Origin: an uncultured Gammaproteobacteria bacterium
GTDB lineage: Bacteria; Cyanobacteriota; Vampirovibrionia; JBFMGH01
Direction of reading: 5' to 3'
Length of the DNA stretch: 64,000 bases
Assembly (NCBI GenBank): GCA_964517135.1
Contig: CAZFBA010000002.1
Location: 89,267 to 153,266, forward strand
Shown here: piece by piece, positions 1 through 9,350 of the stretch
Numbering within the stretch: position 1 is the first letter of the stretch
Layout of the letters: every line of letters begins with the position of its first letter
Notes under the pieces: generated by a model
What the model was told of the DNA's origin: nothing
Databases searched by the model: none
Seen by the model: only the letters and a program-made list of their open reading frames with translations
Translations under genes and position numbers: made by a program

Positions 1-492
1 CTTGATCCGATGTTCTTTGCTGCTTACAGTAATCTTGGTCTGGCTTATACCAGAATCAAAAAATATAGAAAAGCTGTTGAAGCTTTTCGTTCAGCTTTAA
101 CATATAATTCAAGCCATATAACATCAATTAATGGCCTTGCAGACGCTCTTTATAGAATGGGTGAACCGGAGCTTGCTATTAAACAATGGAATGAACTTCT
201 TGAAATAGACCCGGATTATGCCCTTGCTTACTACAATATTGGGGTTGCATATCAGTCAAGAAAAAAGTTTGAAGAAGCTAAAGATGCCTATAAACAGGCT
301 ATCTCTATTGATACTGGTTTTTCTGAAGCATATTATAACCTGGCCTTGCTTTATGAACGTGATAAAGATATTGAAAAGGCAATGTTAATGTATCAAAAAG
401 CTGCCAGCACAAAACCCGGTGCTTCTTATGCTAAAAAAGCAAAAAAAATAGCTGAAAAATATCAGAAAAAGCTTCAAAAAGACAAAAAATAA
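1..492 (+). CDS. TPR-repeat protein, 5' end truncated by the window edge (the frame is open from position 1)
   Basis: Repeated 34-aa TPR signatures (AYxNLGxAY / ALxYYNxGVAY / AYYNLALLY) and a Lys-rich C-terminal tail. The ORF has no upstream stop inside the window. Confidence 0.7.
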   Translation, partial: LDPMFFAAYSNLGLAYTRIKKYRKAVEAFRSALTYNSSHITSINGLADALYRMGEPELAIKQWNELLEIDPDYALAYYNIGVAYQSRKKFEEAKDAYKQAISIDTGFSEAYYNLALLYERDKDIEKAMLMYQKAASTKPGASYAKKAKKIAEKYQKKLQKDKK

Positions 493-530
493 ACTTTTGT
501 GTATACCCTCAATAAGGTGGTGACAAGACG

Positions 531-1646
531 TTGCAAGTTTTAATGAATATTCAAAAAAACCTGGCACGGGTGGTCGTCTTCAACAGGATTTTTTCTATGG
601 CGATGTTCATCTGTTTAATGCTCTATATAGTACAGTTGAACCAAAATACCAGCTTGATACCCTTTGTGTTGCTGGTTTTTGCTCTGGTATTGCTTGTATT
701 TCATATTCTTTTGATAGAAGTAATAGGCCAGATAATAAGAAAAAAAGCTATTCTCACAGAAGATGTTTGTAGCTGGATAGCTAAAGTAGTTACAATCTCT
801 ATTGCAGTGGTAATAACATCCACCTGCCTGCTGACAGGAAACCTTTATATTGCCAGCTTTTATGCAATACCAATAATTATTGGTAGTTTTCTGGGTGATT
901 TTTGTCTCAAAAGAGTAGGTGTTATGGCTGTTGTATTTGTTTTATTATTTCAGCATTCAGGTCTTTTAACTTTTGATTTGTTAATTAACAATAATGTTAG
1001 CTATGAACCGTCTTCAATTATTCAGGCATTAGCAATAGCCTGTATAGTGTTTCTTGCAGGTGTGATTCTCAGTACTACCAGACAGGCCAGCCAGAAAACA
1101 AATATGCTTCAATCTATGGCAACAACTGATGTGCTAACAGGATTAATTAATCGTCGCTATTTTGACAGAAGACTTGCTGAAGAAATAGCCCGCTGTAACC
1201 GCCATAACTCAAATCTTGCCCTGGCTCTATTCGATATTGATCATTTTAAAAGAATTAATGATACATATGGACATACAATCGGTGATAAGATATTAAAAGA
1301 ACTCGGTGAATTGATACTCTCTAACACAAGAGAATGTGATATTTCTGCCCGCTATGGTGGTGAAGAATTTGCACTTATTCTTCCTGAAACAACACAGATC
1401 GAAGCCTCTGAATTGCTGGAAAGAATCAGGCAGCTGATTGAACAGCATACCTTTGTGAAAGAAGAGATGCCTGTAATGGTAACGATCAGTGTTGGCATTG
1501 CCCAGTATGACCCTGAATACACGCCAATAGATTTTATAGAGCAAGCAGATGCCGCATTATACAGAGCTAAAAAGACAGGAAGAAACAAAGTTATTTATGG
1601 TACCTTTACAACACCGAAATTAAACCTTCAAAAGATAACTAATTAA
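531..1646 (+). CDS. Membrane-anchored diguanylate cyclase: ~5 N-terminal transmembrane helices plus a GGDEF domain
   Basis: A hydrophobic N-terminal half followed by a canonical GGDEF domain with the RYGGEEF active-site motif and the LTGLxNRR region. The TTG at 531 has the aaggtgg RBS upstream. The alternative ATG at 543 has none, being only 7 nt downstream of the TTG. Confidence 0.8.
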   Translation: MQVLMNIQKNLARVVVFNRIFSMAMFICLMLYIVQLNQNTSLIPFVLLVFALVLLVFHILLIEVIGQIIRKKAILTEDVCSWIAKVVTISIAVVITSTCLLTGNLYIASFYAIPIIIGSFLGDFCLKRVGVMAVVFVLLFQHSGLLTFDLLINNNVSYEPSSIIQALAIACIVFLAGVILSTTRQASQKTNMLQSMATTDVLTGLINRRYFDRRLAEEIARCNRHNSNLALALFDIDHFKRINDTYGHTIGDKILKELGELILSNTRECDISARYGGEEFALILPETTQIEASELLERIRQLIEQHTFVKEEMPVMVTISVGIAQYDPEYTPIDFIEQADAALYRAKKTGRNKVIYGTFTTPKLNLQKITN

Positions 1647-1672
1647 CAGTTTAAAAGAATTGAGGTAATGAA

Positions 1673-2047
1673 ATGCTCAGTAAAAGAGAAATTGTTTTAA
1701 TAGTATCCCTGGCTTTTTGCGCAGGTGTTATTGTATCAGATATGCTAAAGCCTGTTCCTCTTAAAGCAGAAGTAACTAACATTGTTTATGATACTCTGGA
1801 TAAGAAAATTCTAGAGCAGGCAAGGAGAATTGATAGTCTGCAATCAAGAGTGTCTTCATTGGAGAAAAATGCAGGGTCTTATGAGGCTGATATAAATAAA
1901 GTTGCACTTTCAGTGAAAAAGCTGGGCTCAGCTTTAAAAGATTCACTGGCTGATACTGCCAGCAAAAAAGATCTGAAAAAGCTTGAAGAAAAGGTTTCAG
2001 AATTACAAATGCTTATGAATACCTCTGGTGGAGCTTATCAAAGATAG
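1673..2047 (+). CDS. Hypothetical membrane-anchored coiled-coil protein (124 aa)
   Basis: ATG with a gaggt RBS. An N-terminal hydrophobic helix is followed by heptad-like Leu/Lys/Glu-rich sequence. No recognisable catalytic motif. Confidence 0.5.
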   Translation: MLSKREIVLIVSLAFCAGVIVSDMLKPVPLKAEVTNIVYDTLDKKILEQARRIDSLQSRVSSLEKNAGSYEADINKVALSVKKLGSALKDSLADTASKKDLKKLEEKVSELQMLMNTSGGAYQR

Positions 2048-2182
2048 TGTTTCTTTAAAAGTTTCTCTTTATTTACTCAAAAACTTGCTAATATTAAGTT
2101 GTTCAGGTTTTTTTGTTCTGACTGTTAAGAATTATAAAAAAATAGACCTCTTTAGACATGAAATATATGATTATCATGTAGT

Positions 2183-2569
2183 TTGAGAGGGTTAATGTCA
2201 GTTTCTATGCAAAATTCATACGTTAGCCGGCCGGTAAATCAAAAAAACCTGGCAGTAGAAAAGAATACTATTGAAATAACCTGCAAAGAGTTAGCTTTAG
2301 AGCATAGGCAGATAAAAAATACTATTAATAGCCTCTTTTTCGAGGTCAATAAAAAAGAAATATTACTTCAAGATGATTCTTTAGATACTGCACAGAAGTC
2401 TATGTTAAAATATGATTATGCTCTCTCTCAAAAAGAGCTTGAAAAGGCAATCTATCAAAAAGAATTGTTAAGAAAAGATATAGCGATCCTTCAGCATAGA
2501 ATAAGATATCTAGAACATGAAGTTAGAAAAACAAGGCCCTGGTGGCAAAGAATTATCCCTTTTGTATGA
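2183..2569 (+). CDS. Hypothetical coiled-coil protein (128 aa)
   Basis: Open frame with a TTG start at 2183 and an alternative ATG at 2195. It overlaps the next ORF by 53 nt in a different frame. Function unknown. Confidence 0.35.
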   Translation: MRGLMSVSMQNSYVSRPVNQKNLAVEKNTIEITCKELALEHRQIKNTINSLFFEVNKKEILLQDDSLDTAQKSMLKYDYALSQKELEKAIYQKELLRKDIAILQHRIRYLEHEVRKTRPWWQRIIPFV

Positions 2570-3320
2570 TAAGTTAGGTTTGATGCCAGATCAAAAGATT
2601 GTTGCTATGTGGGGATACCCTGATCCGGAGGTTCTTGCAGCTGTTAGGGCTCAATATCCTAGCTGTAATGTAGTTGATATTGATATAGATTATTGTGCTC
2701 CTGAAAGTAAAATACTTCCAGATAATTATTGTCAGATAATTACTAATATAATTGATAATGCTGTTTTCTTAAAGGATAAAATTGAAGTTATAGTTGCATC
2801 TACAGGTGAAGAAAAGTGTGATCAGGGTCGTTTTGCCGCCTATGTGCTGGAAAAATTAGGCTTTAACCTTGTAAAAACAAGATACACTGAATATAAAAAC
2901 CTGCCACAGGAGCCTTTGATATCTGTAAGCTCCTTACCTTTAAAAAAAAAGTTTCTGCTTATTATGGATTCTCTGTTACAGCCGGAACTCATCAAAGAAT
3001 ACAAAATAGAAAAGGTCATACCAACACATGGTTTCTGGGGTGTGCCTCCAAATGACCTGAGTATTCTGGAGCTATTCCCTGACACAACGCATGTTTTTGG
3101 CTGGACACGTGCCGTAGAAATGAAAAGACCTGCTGATCTTGATATTGAAATGTATGTTGAAGATGGCCTTCCGACGGTATTTTTTGCCCAGACGTTTTGT
3201 GCCAAGATGCAACTGGCTAAATTTCTGGCGAAAAAATATGATGGGCTTTATGTTGATGTTGATGATTTTATGAGTGTCTCAGTGAGGGCCAAGATAGAGG
3301 CTTTTTTAAGGTTCTCTTAA
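2517..3320 (+). CDS. Hypothetical protein (267 aa), no recognisable domain
   Basis: Long ORF with AT-rich codon usage consistent with its neighbours. The start is uncertain: ATG at 2517 or ATG at 2583. It contains an A9 homopolymer at 2942-2950. Confidence 0.45.
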   Translation: MKLEKQGPGGKELSLLYDKLGLMPDQKIVAMWGYPDPEVLAAVRAQYPSCNVVDIDIDYCAPESKILPDNYCQIITNIIDNAVFLKDKIEVIVASTGEEKCDQGRFAAYVLEKLGFNLVKTRYTEYKNLPQEPLISVSSLPLKKKFLLIMDSLLQPELIKEYKIEKVIPTHGFWGVPPNDLSILELFPDTTHVFGWTRAVEMKRPADLDIEMYVEDGLPTVFFAQTFCAKMQLAKFLAKKYDGLYVDVDDFMSVSVRAKIEAFLRFS

Positions 3321-3322
3321 AC

Positions 3323-3338
3323 TAACACATATGTGTTA
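3323..3338. repeat. Copy 1 of a dispersed palindromic 16-mer TAACACATATGTGTTA at the convergent junction of 2517..3320(+) and 3336..3920(-)
   Basis: Perfect 16-bp palindrome. It starts 2 nt after the plus-strand stop codon and contains the minus-strand stop codon. Confidence 0.8.
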
Positions 3339-3920
3339 ACACTTCTCTATACACCTGAGAATTTCTTTTTTCCAGTCGTCATTTTTTTCTACGAAGGTTC
3401 TGGCGCCGTTGTTGAGGCAATATTCTACACTGGAGGCATTTGCAGTTCCTGACATAACAATAATTTTAGTTGGCAGGTTTTCCATATCGATTTTATTTTT
3501 GAGTGAGCTTAAAAGAAATAGCCCGTCTTCTTTTTCTGGCAGGTATAGATCCATCAGCACATGGGAAAACAGATGTGATTTAAAGTGTGAGATGGCTTCT
3601 GGTGCGCTTCTTGCAAGTGTTACTTTGTAGCCCATTTTAGAGAGTAAGATGCTTAATTGATAGGTTACCATTACCAGGTCGTCGACCACCAGGATGTTGT
3701 TTTTTACTTTTTCGTCTCTTTCGATGGGGTCAAGTGCGAGAAGGTTTCGTATAGGCTCAAAATGGTCTTTTTCTATGGTTGATAATTTTTCTCTTATTGT
3801 TAATACGAGTTGTTGCAATTCTTCTTCTGTTGGTGGTATAGAGTTTTTAATTCCTGCGCTGAGGAAAAGCTCTTTTAAAAGGTTATAGTTGACGTTTACT
3901 TTTTCTGGAATGTTATCCAT
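3336..3920 (-). CDS. Single-domain response regulator: CheY-like receiver domain preceded by an ~80-aa N-terminal region of unknown function
   Basis: C-terminal receiver-domain signatures: the acidic pocket ILVVDD, the phospho-acceptor region VLMDLYLPEKDG and the T/K motifs IIVMSG ... K. There is no DNA-binding output domain. Confidence 0.7.
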   Translation of the reverse strand: MDNIPEKVNVNYNLLKELFLSAGIKNSIPPTEEELQQLVLTIREKLSTIEKDHFEPIRNLLALDPIERDEKVKNNILVVDDLVMVTYQLSILLSKMGYKVTLARSAPEAISHFKSHLFSHVLMDLYLPEKEDGLFLLSSLKNKIDMENLPTKIIVMSGTANASSVEYCLNNGARTFVEKNDDWKKEILRCIEKC

Positions 3921-4015
3921 TCTTTTTTAACCCGTATAATAAAAAATTATTCTATGACCTGTTTATAGTATAGATGATTCTGTTTTGTTATGGAAATAGA
4001 AATTGTGAATTTAGT

Positions 4016-4044
4016 AAAAGCCCTTCTGAAAAGAGAGGGCTTTT
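4016..4044. terminator. Bidirectional rho-independent terminator hairpin between rpmA and the response-regulator gene
   Basis: aaaagccct..agggctttt: a GC-rich 9-bp stem flanked by an A-tract on one side and a T-tract on the other. Confidence 0.6.
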
Positions 4045-4102
4045 ATTAGTTTTTTAGTAATTTTTTAGTGTATTTTTTCAATATTAGCCTGAATTAAGCA
4101 GA

Positions 4103-4366
4103 TTAATTTTCTGCTGTTTCGTACACGCTAACTTTTTTACGATCTTTTCCATAGCGTTCAAAAGTAACTATACCGTCGATGAGAGCAAAAAGTGTGTCGT
4201 CTCCGCCTCTTTCAACATTGTTGCCCGGGTGTATTTTGGTTCCACGCTGGCGTACAATGATGTTGCCTGCACGGACGACTTCGCCACCATATTTTTTAAC
4301 GCCGAGACGTTTTGATGCGCTATCACGGCCGTTTCTTGTTGAGCCTACACCTTTTTTGTGTGCCAT
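4103..4366 (-). CDS. rpmA: 50S ribosomal protein L27
   Basis: [24 protein letters not shown]...[18 protein letters not shown] is the canonical bL27 sequence pattern. Confidence 0.95.
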   Translation of the reverse strand: MAHKKGVGSTRNGRDSASKRLGVKKYGGEVVRAGNIIVRQRGTKIHPGNNVERGGDDTLFALIDGIVTFERYGKDRKKVSVYETAEN

Positions 4367-4390
4367 TTATCTTTACCTCTTGTTATCGGG

Positions 4391-5062
4391 TTATGACTCT
4401 TTTTCTTCTTTTGTTTCTTCTGTTTGGTCAGTGGTCTCAGCGGTCTCAGGTGTCTCAGTTGTTTCCTGTGTTTGTGTTATTTCAGTATTTCCGGTTGTTT
4501 CAGCTGTTTCTATAGTTTCAGTTGTTTCGTCAATAATTGTTTCTTCGAGTTCTTCTGGTTCTGGTGTTTCAGTTTTCTCTGGTTTTTTAGTTTTTTCAGG
4601 TTTTGCTACTTTTTTTCTGGCTTCTTTTTTAGCTTCTTTTGCTGCCAGTTTCTTTTCGTATGCTTTTTTAATTTTATCTTCTTTTTCCTGTTGTTTCTTT
4701 TCAACTTGTTTTTGCTGTTCTTCGTCGTATTTTACGGTATCTTCTTTATTTGGAAATTCTATTTCTTCGATGAGTATTCTTGTATAGTCCTGTCTGTGCC
4801 CTTTTTTAAGGCGATAGCCTTTTTTACGTCTCATTTTATAGGCAATAACTTTTTTGGTTTTGTCGTGTTTAAGAACTTTTGCTTTGACTGTTGCGCCATT
4901 AATGTAAGGTTGACCTATTTGAGAGTGTTCACCTGCTATTATGGCAACAACTTTATCAATATTTATATTGGTATCAGGGGTGACGTTTAAGAGATCGACG
5001 TCAATATATCTGCCTTCCTGAACCTGGTACTGTTTTCCACCTGTTTCAACTACAGCGTACAT
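4391..5062 (-). CDS. rplU: 50S ribosomal protein L21 with an unusual ~120-aa low-complexity C-terminal extension rich in Lys, Glu and Thr
   Basis: The N-terminal 103 aa ([23 protein letters not shown]...[18 protein letters not shown]) are canonical bL21. The tail is poly-K/E followed by TETxET repeats. Confidence 0.9.
   Translation of the reverse strand: MYAVVETGGKQYQVQEGRYIDVDLLNVTPDTNINIDKVVAIIAGEHSQIGQPYINGATVKAKVLKHDKTKKVIAYKMRRKKGYRLKKGHRQDYTRILIEEIEFPNKEDTVKYDEEQQKQVEKKQQEKEDKIKKAYEKKLAAKEAKKEARKKVAKPEKTKKPEKTETPEPEELEETIIDETTETIETAETTGNTEITQTQETTETPETAETTDQTEETKEEKES
4400..4560. repeat. Short tandem and near-tandem repeats (GGTCTCAG / GTTTC units) encoding the Thr/Glu repeat tail of rplU
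   Basis: cagtggtctcagcggtctcaggtgtctcag and repeated gtttc motifs are visible in the nucleotide sequence. Confidence 0.6.
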
Positions 5063-5259
5063 TGTATTATTCCTTTGCTTCTAGTGATTATAAATTAATT
5101 GTACCAATATATCCCCTTCTCAGAGGGACGCAACCTAATATAACAACATAAAAATTCCTTGTCAACAAATAAACTCATGGCTCTTTTCTCTTTAAATAGG
5201 TAAAATAGATATAAGACAAAATGTTTCGTATTTTTAAGTGTGCATGAGTTTTTGTAATA

Positions 5260-5997
5260 ATGCGAGATAATTCTGTTATTTATCTGTCGGTTGTTATTCC
5301 AGCTTATAATGAAGAATTAAGATTGCCTCCAACTCTTGATTCAATATTTAATTATCTTGATTTAAGAGATTATGACTATGAAGTGATTGTTGTTGATGAT
5401 GGAAGCAATGATAGTACGGTTGATATTGTAAAGCGTAATCCACGTTATGGCAGTCAGTTAAATCTTATAGAGCTTAATAATAACTATGGTAAGGGTTACA
5501 CTGTAAAAAAAGGTTTTGAAGTTGCGAAAGGCGACTATATTATTTATACTGATGCGGATGGTGCTGCTCCTATTGAAGAGTTAGAGAAGCTTTTAAAGGC
5601 TATAAATGATGGAGCTGATATTGCAATTGGTTCTCGAGCTTTAAAAGATTCTCAGGTCAAAGATCTCTGGTACAGGAGAATCATGGGTATTACTTTTAAT
5701 ACAATGATAAAGATAATAGTCATTGGTGAGTATGATGATACACAGTGTGGTTTTAAGCTTTTTAAGGCTGAATGTGCCAGAAAAATCTTTGATAAATTGA
5801 AATTAAGAGGTTTTAGTTTCGATGTAGAGTTATTATTTCTGGCTAAAAAGCTGGGTTTTAGTGTATCAGAAGTCCCTATTGTCTGGAATTCTATACCAGG
5901 AACCAAGTTAAATCTTTTAATTGATTCACCTTTGATGTTTCTGGCTGTTTTAAAAATAAGAATAATGGCTCTTCTTGGCTGGTATCGATTCAAATAG
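5260..5997 (+). CDS. GT2-family glycosyltransferase, polyprenyl- or dolichyl-phosphate sugar synthase type (DPM1 / ArnC / GtrB-like)
   Basis: The VVIPAYNEE start, the VDDGSxDxT and YTDADG (DxD) motifs, and a C-terminal membrane-association segment. Confidence 0.8.
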   Translation: MRDNSVIYLSVVIPAYNEELRLPPTLDSIFNYLDLRDYDYEVIVVDDGSNDSTVDIVKRNPRYGSQLNLIELNNNYGKGYTVKKGFEVAKGDYIIYTDADGAAPIEELEKLLKAINDGADIAIGSRALKDSQVKDLWYRRIMGITFNTMIKIIVIGEYDDTQCGFKLFKAECARKIFDKLKLRGFSFDVELLFLAKKLGFSVSEVPIVWNSIPGTKLNLLIDSPLMFLAVLKIRIMALLGWYRFK

Positions 5998-6199
5998 TGC
6001 TTTATAAAATTTTTTTATTGATTCTACTCTATTTAATTGGTTCAATTTCAGTCTATTCGTTCTAAAATTTTTGTAAGAGTCAGTATAAACCTTAATCTTT
6101 TAATATGACTAAAAAGCTTGTTAAACGGGAGATAGTGAAGAAAAAAGTTCTTTTTTGCTTTTTATATAGCTTTTATCTGCAATTCATGAGGTGTTGTTT

Positions 6200-7498
6200 A
6201 TGAAACTTGCAGTTATAGGAGGGGGTTTCTCTGGCGTTATGCTAACCAGGCTCCTTCAGGAAAAAGGATATGAATGTCACCTTTATGAAAAGGAGTCATC
6301 TTTAGGTGGTTTGTGTCGCTCAAAGCGTATTAAAAACTTTATATATGATCTTTCCGGTGGGCATATGCTCTATTCAAAGAATGAAAAGACATTAGAATAT
6401 ATTTTTAACCTTACAGGAAAAGAGAACTGGAATAAAATTTCTTGCAATGCCAGAATATACTTTGAAGGAGATTATATAAGATATCCTTTTGAGGCAGGCT
6501 TAATTGATTTGCCGAAAGAATTGCATTATGAATGTTTGCTGGGTTACATTAATGCCAGTTATGAGCGCAAATATTATCACAGGGGAGATCCAAAAAACTT
6601 CTATGACTGGCTTTTGTATATGTTTGGCAAAGGTATTTCAAGTCATTTTATGATTCCGTTTAACCAGAAAAAGTGGAATTATAACCTGAAACATATAAAT
6701 ACCGATTGGGTTGAAGACAGAGTTCCGTCAATACCTGTAGAAGAGGTTATTAAAGCCTCTATTGGTATTCATACCTCTGCTTGTACAGATAAGCTTGTAC
6801 TTTACTATCCTGAAAAAGGCGGTTTTCAGTTTCTTATTGAAAAAACAGCCTCTAATCTCAAAGATATTCATCTTTCTACACCGGTTAATGACCTTAAGAG
6901 GCAAAAGAATAAATGGATTATAAATGATACTGAGGTTTATGATGATATCATATCGACGGTTCCTTTACGTGAATTGATTCATATAATAAAAAATACACCT
7001 CCATTTGTGACGAGTACCCTTGAATCACTGTGGTATAACGGAGTTGCAACTGTCTTTGTTGGTCTTAATAAACCCTTTGAGCATAATTATAGTTGGGTTT
7101 ATCTGCCGCATAAAGAAAATGGCTTGTGTGATACTGTTACTTTTTTGTCAAATTTCAGTCAATACAATGCTCCTGCAGGGGCTGGCTCGCTTGTAGCTGA
7201 AATTACATATAAAGCCAAAACATTGCCTGAAAAATCTGAAACTCTTGTCAATACGGTTTTGAGTTCACTTGAAACCTGTAAAATTATTGATAAGAAAGAT
7301 GTTATCGTAACTGATAGCTATTTTTCTCCCTATGGATACCCTGTGTATGGCCTTAAGTATAACGAATTTAAGCAGATTATAAATAATTATCTTAATGAAG
7401 TAAGGCTAAAACGCTTTGGCAGGCTTGCTACACATTCTTACTATAACGTGGATACTATTATAGAAAAGGCGTTTGAGTTTGTTGAACAGTGGTATTAG
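6200..7498 (+). CDS. FAD/NAD(P)-binding flavoprotein resembling UDP-galactopyranose mutase (Glf / UGM)
   Basis: An N-terminal Rossmann motif (MKLAVIGGGFSGVMLTRLL..YEKxxxLGG), a GGHMLYS region and a C-terminal GRLATHSYYNVDTIIEKA, all UGM-like. The ATG at 6200 has a gaggtg RBS; the track's start at 6191 is a TTG. Confidence 0.55.
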   Translation: MKLAVIGGGFSGVMLTRLLQEKGYECHLYEKESSLGGLCRSKRIKNFIYDLSGGHMLYSKNEKTLEYIFNLTGKENWNKISCNARIYFEGDYIRYPFEAGLIDLPKELHYECLLGYINASYERKYYHRGDPKNFYDWLLYMFGKGISSHFMIPFNQKKWNYNLKHINTDWVEDRVPSIPVEEVIKASIGIHTSACTDKLVLYYPEKGGFQFLIEKTASNLKDIHLSTPVNDLKRQKNKWIINDTEVYDDIISTVPLRELIHIIKNTPPFVTSTLESLWYNGVATVFVGLNKPFEHNYSWVYLPHKENGLCDTVTFLSNFSQYNAPAGAGSLVAEITYKAKTLPEKSETLVNTVLSSLETCKIIDKKDVIVTDSYFSPYGYPVYGLKYNEFKQIINNYLNEVRLKRFGRLATHSYYNVDTIIEKAFEFVEQWY

Positions 7499-7499
7499 C

Positions 7500-9350
7500 A
7501 TGGAATTATTGCTTAAATCTCAAAAAAGAAGACTTTATATATACCTGATTATTTTAATAATCGTTTCTTCGATGGCTCTTCGTCTTTATGGTATTAATTT
7601 GAGACCAATCTTTACAGATGAAGCTGTCCATTATAATTTTATTCATCAACTCTGGGAAACTCAAAAGTATCAATATAAAGATGTTATAACTCCTGTAAGT
7701 CTGGAATTTATAAACGATGGGCTTAATCTGTATTCCTCAATAGTGTTATCACCAGATTCAGAATCTTCCCTGGAAATAAATGATACAAAATACAGGTTAT
7801 TTCTTACAAAGTCTTTGTTTCTGAAGCCGGTTAATGATGCCCTTCAGTCATATTATTATTTTAAACATATTATAAAGAATCCTGCTTATGTTTATGACCC
7901 TGTTTATCATGGGCCTTTTCTTTATTACCTGGGAGATGTGGTTTTTAACCTTGCAAATGATCATAATTTATACCTTTTAAGGTTACCTGTCGTAATATCT
8001 TCTATTCTGGCTATATTTTGTCTTTTTCTTTTTCGTGAATCTCTCGGCAAATGGGGCTTTCTATTAAGTTTGCTTCTTGTTAGTCTTTCACCTGGCCTGA
8101 TTTACTTTTCTAATCTGGCTAACTATGAGAATTATTTTGCGACCGGGTCGATACTGGGGGTCGGGTTGCTTTTGATGGGTATTAAAAAACGCAGTCCGGC
8201 TATATTGTTTAGTTCTGGATTTGTTTTGCTGGCATTGATTACCATAAAAGAAACGGCTCTTGTGACCTGGTTTGCTATTGTTGTGGCTACGATACTAACT
8301 TATATTACTCTGTATCTGCCTAAAAGACCTTCAAGATGGTTAAAAAAGCTTGAAGATATGGTGCTTAATCTGGCTGAAGGTAAGTATACTGATTCTATAT
8401 TGCGTTATTTATTGCCTGCTCTTTTGTGTTTTGCTTTGTCTGGCCTGTTTTTTGTCTTGATGTATTCTTCTTGTGGCTCTAATCCGCACGGTATTCATGA
8501 TGGCCTGACCAGCTGGATGTACTGGAAAAACACAGGTGCACAGAGTGGTCACGTTAAACCTTTTGGCTTTTATACTGATATACTGTTGACATATGATTTT
8601 ATGCTGATATTCCTGTTTTTTACCGGTGCAATTTATACGTTGTATATGACTAAAGATAAATATAAGATTTTTATTGTCTACTGGGCTCTTGTAGTATGGT
8701 TAGTGTATGCTTTTATTCCTTATAAAACACCATGGCTCATAATAAACTTCATTTATCCTTTTGCTATTGTTGCTGGCACTGGCTGGGATATGATAATTAA
8801 AAGAATGAAAAACAAGTTATACAAATACTTAATGGCATTCTTTATTGCCCTGCTTGCTATGAATACAGTTTTTATAGCTGTTAAGGTAAAGTGGATCGAT
8901 CACGATAAAGAAGCCAATAAAATGGCATATGTTCATACTTATAGAGATTTTGAAGAAGAAATTAAGGCTCTTTATAGTCTTATTCTTGCATCACCAGATG
9001 GAGATAATACAGAGATTACTGTAGCAGCTCCAGAATACTGGCCCTTGCCAGCTTACCTGCTTGATTACAGGGCTGTTGGATATTTTGGAGGAGTTAAAGG
9101 TAGGGACCTCAACACTAAAGCCCCTATTATTATAAATGATAAACGTGATAATCCCGAGCTTAGAGAGCTTTTGCTGGAGTCTGATGTCAATGATTACTTT
9201 AAACTTAGAGACTTTGAAGTGAGACCCGGTGTCATACACTCAATTTTTGTAAGCCATCAGCTAATGAAGGCTTATCTTGAATCAGGTTATTACAAACTTT
9301 TGATTTCTCCCGGGCGGAGTTATCTACTTCAAGAACCCCCCTGGGATTAA
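7500..9350 (+). CDS. GT-C fold polytopic membrane glycosyltransferase (ArnT / PMT / dolichyl-phosphate-mannose-protein mannosyltransferase-like)
   Basis: More than 10 predicted transmembrane helices. An N-terminal RLYGINLRPIFTDEAVHY loop matches the GT-C first periplasmic loop (DE motif). The ATG at 7500 begins 1 nt after the upstream gene's stop. Confidence 0.7.
   Translation: MELLLKSQKRRLYIYLIILIIVSSMALRLYGINLRPIFTDEAVHYNFIHQLWETQKYQYKDVITPVSLEFINDGLNLYSSIVLSPDSESSLEINDTKYRLFLTKSLFLKPVNDALQSYYYFKHIIKNPAYVYDPVYHGPFLYYLGDVVFNLANDHNLYLLRLPVVISSILAIFCLFLFRESLGKWGFLLSLLLVSLSPGLIYFSNLANYENYFATGSILGVGLLLMGIKKRSPAILFSSGFVLLALITIKETALVTWFAIVVATILTYITLYLPKRPSRWLKKLEDMVLNLAEGKYTDSILRYLLPALLCFALSGLFFVLMYSSCGSNPHGIHDGLTSWMYWKNTGAQSGHVKPFGFYTDILLTYDFMLIFLFFTGAIYTLYMTKDKYKIFIVYWALVVWLVYAFIPYKTPWLIINFIYPFAIVAGTGWDMIIKRMKNKLYKYLMAFFIALLAMNTVFIAVKVKWIDHDKEANKMAYVHTYRDFEEEIKALYSLILASPDGDNTEITVAAPEYWPLPAYLLDYRAVGYFGGVKGRDLNTKAPIIINDKRDNPELRELLLESDVNDYFKLRDFEVRPGVIHSIFVSHQLMKAYLESGYYKLLISPGRSYLLQEPPWD

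Noticed and set aside
4179-4990. Long ORFs (202 aa and 188 aa) on the plus strand, rich in Ser/Val/Phe/Cys
   Set aside because: They are antisense to the rplU low-complexity tail. The repetitive low-complexity DNA yields long open antisense frames. There are no RBSs and the composition is implausible.
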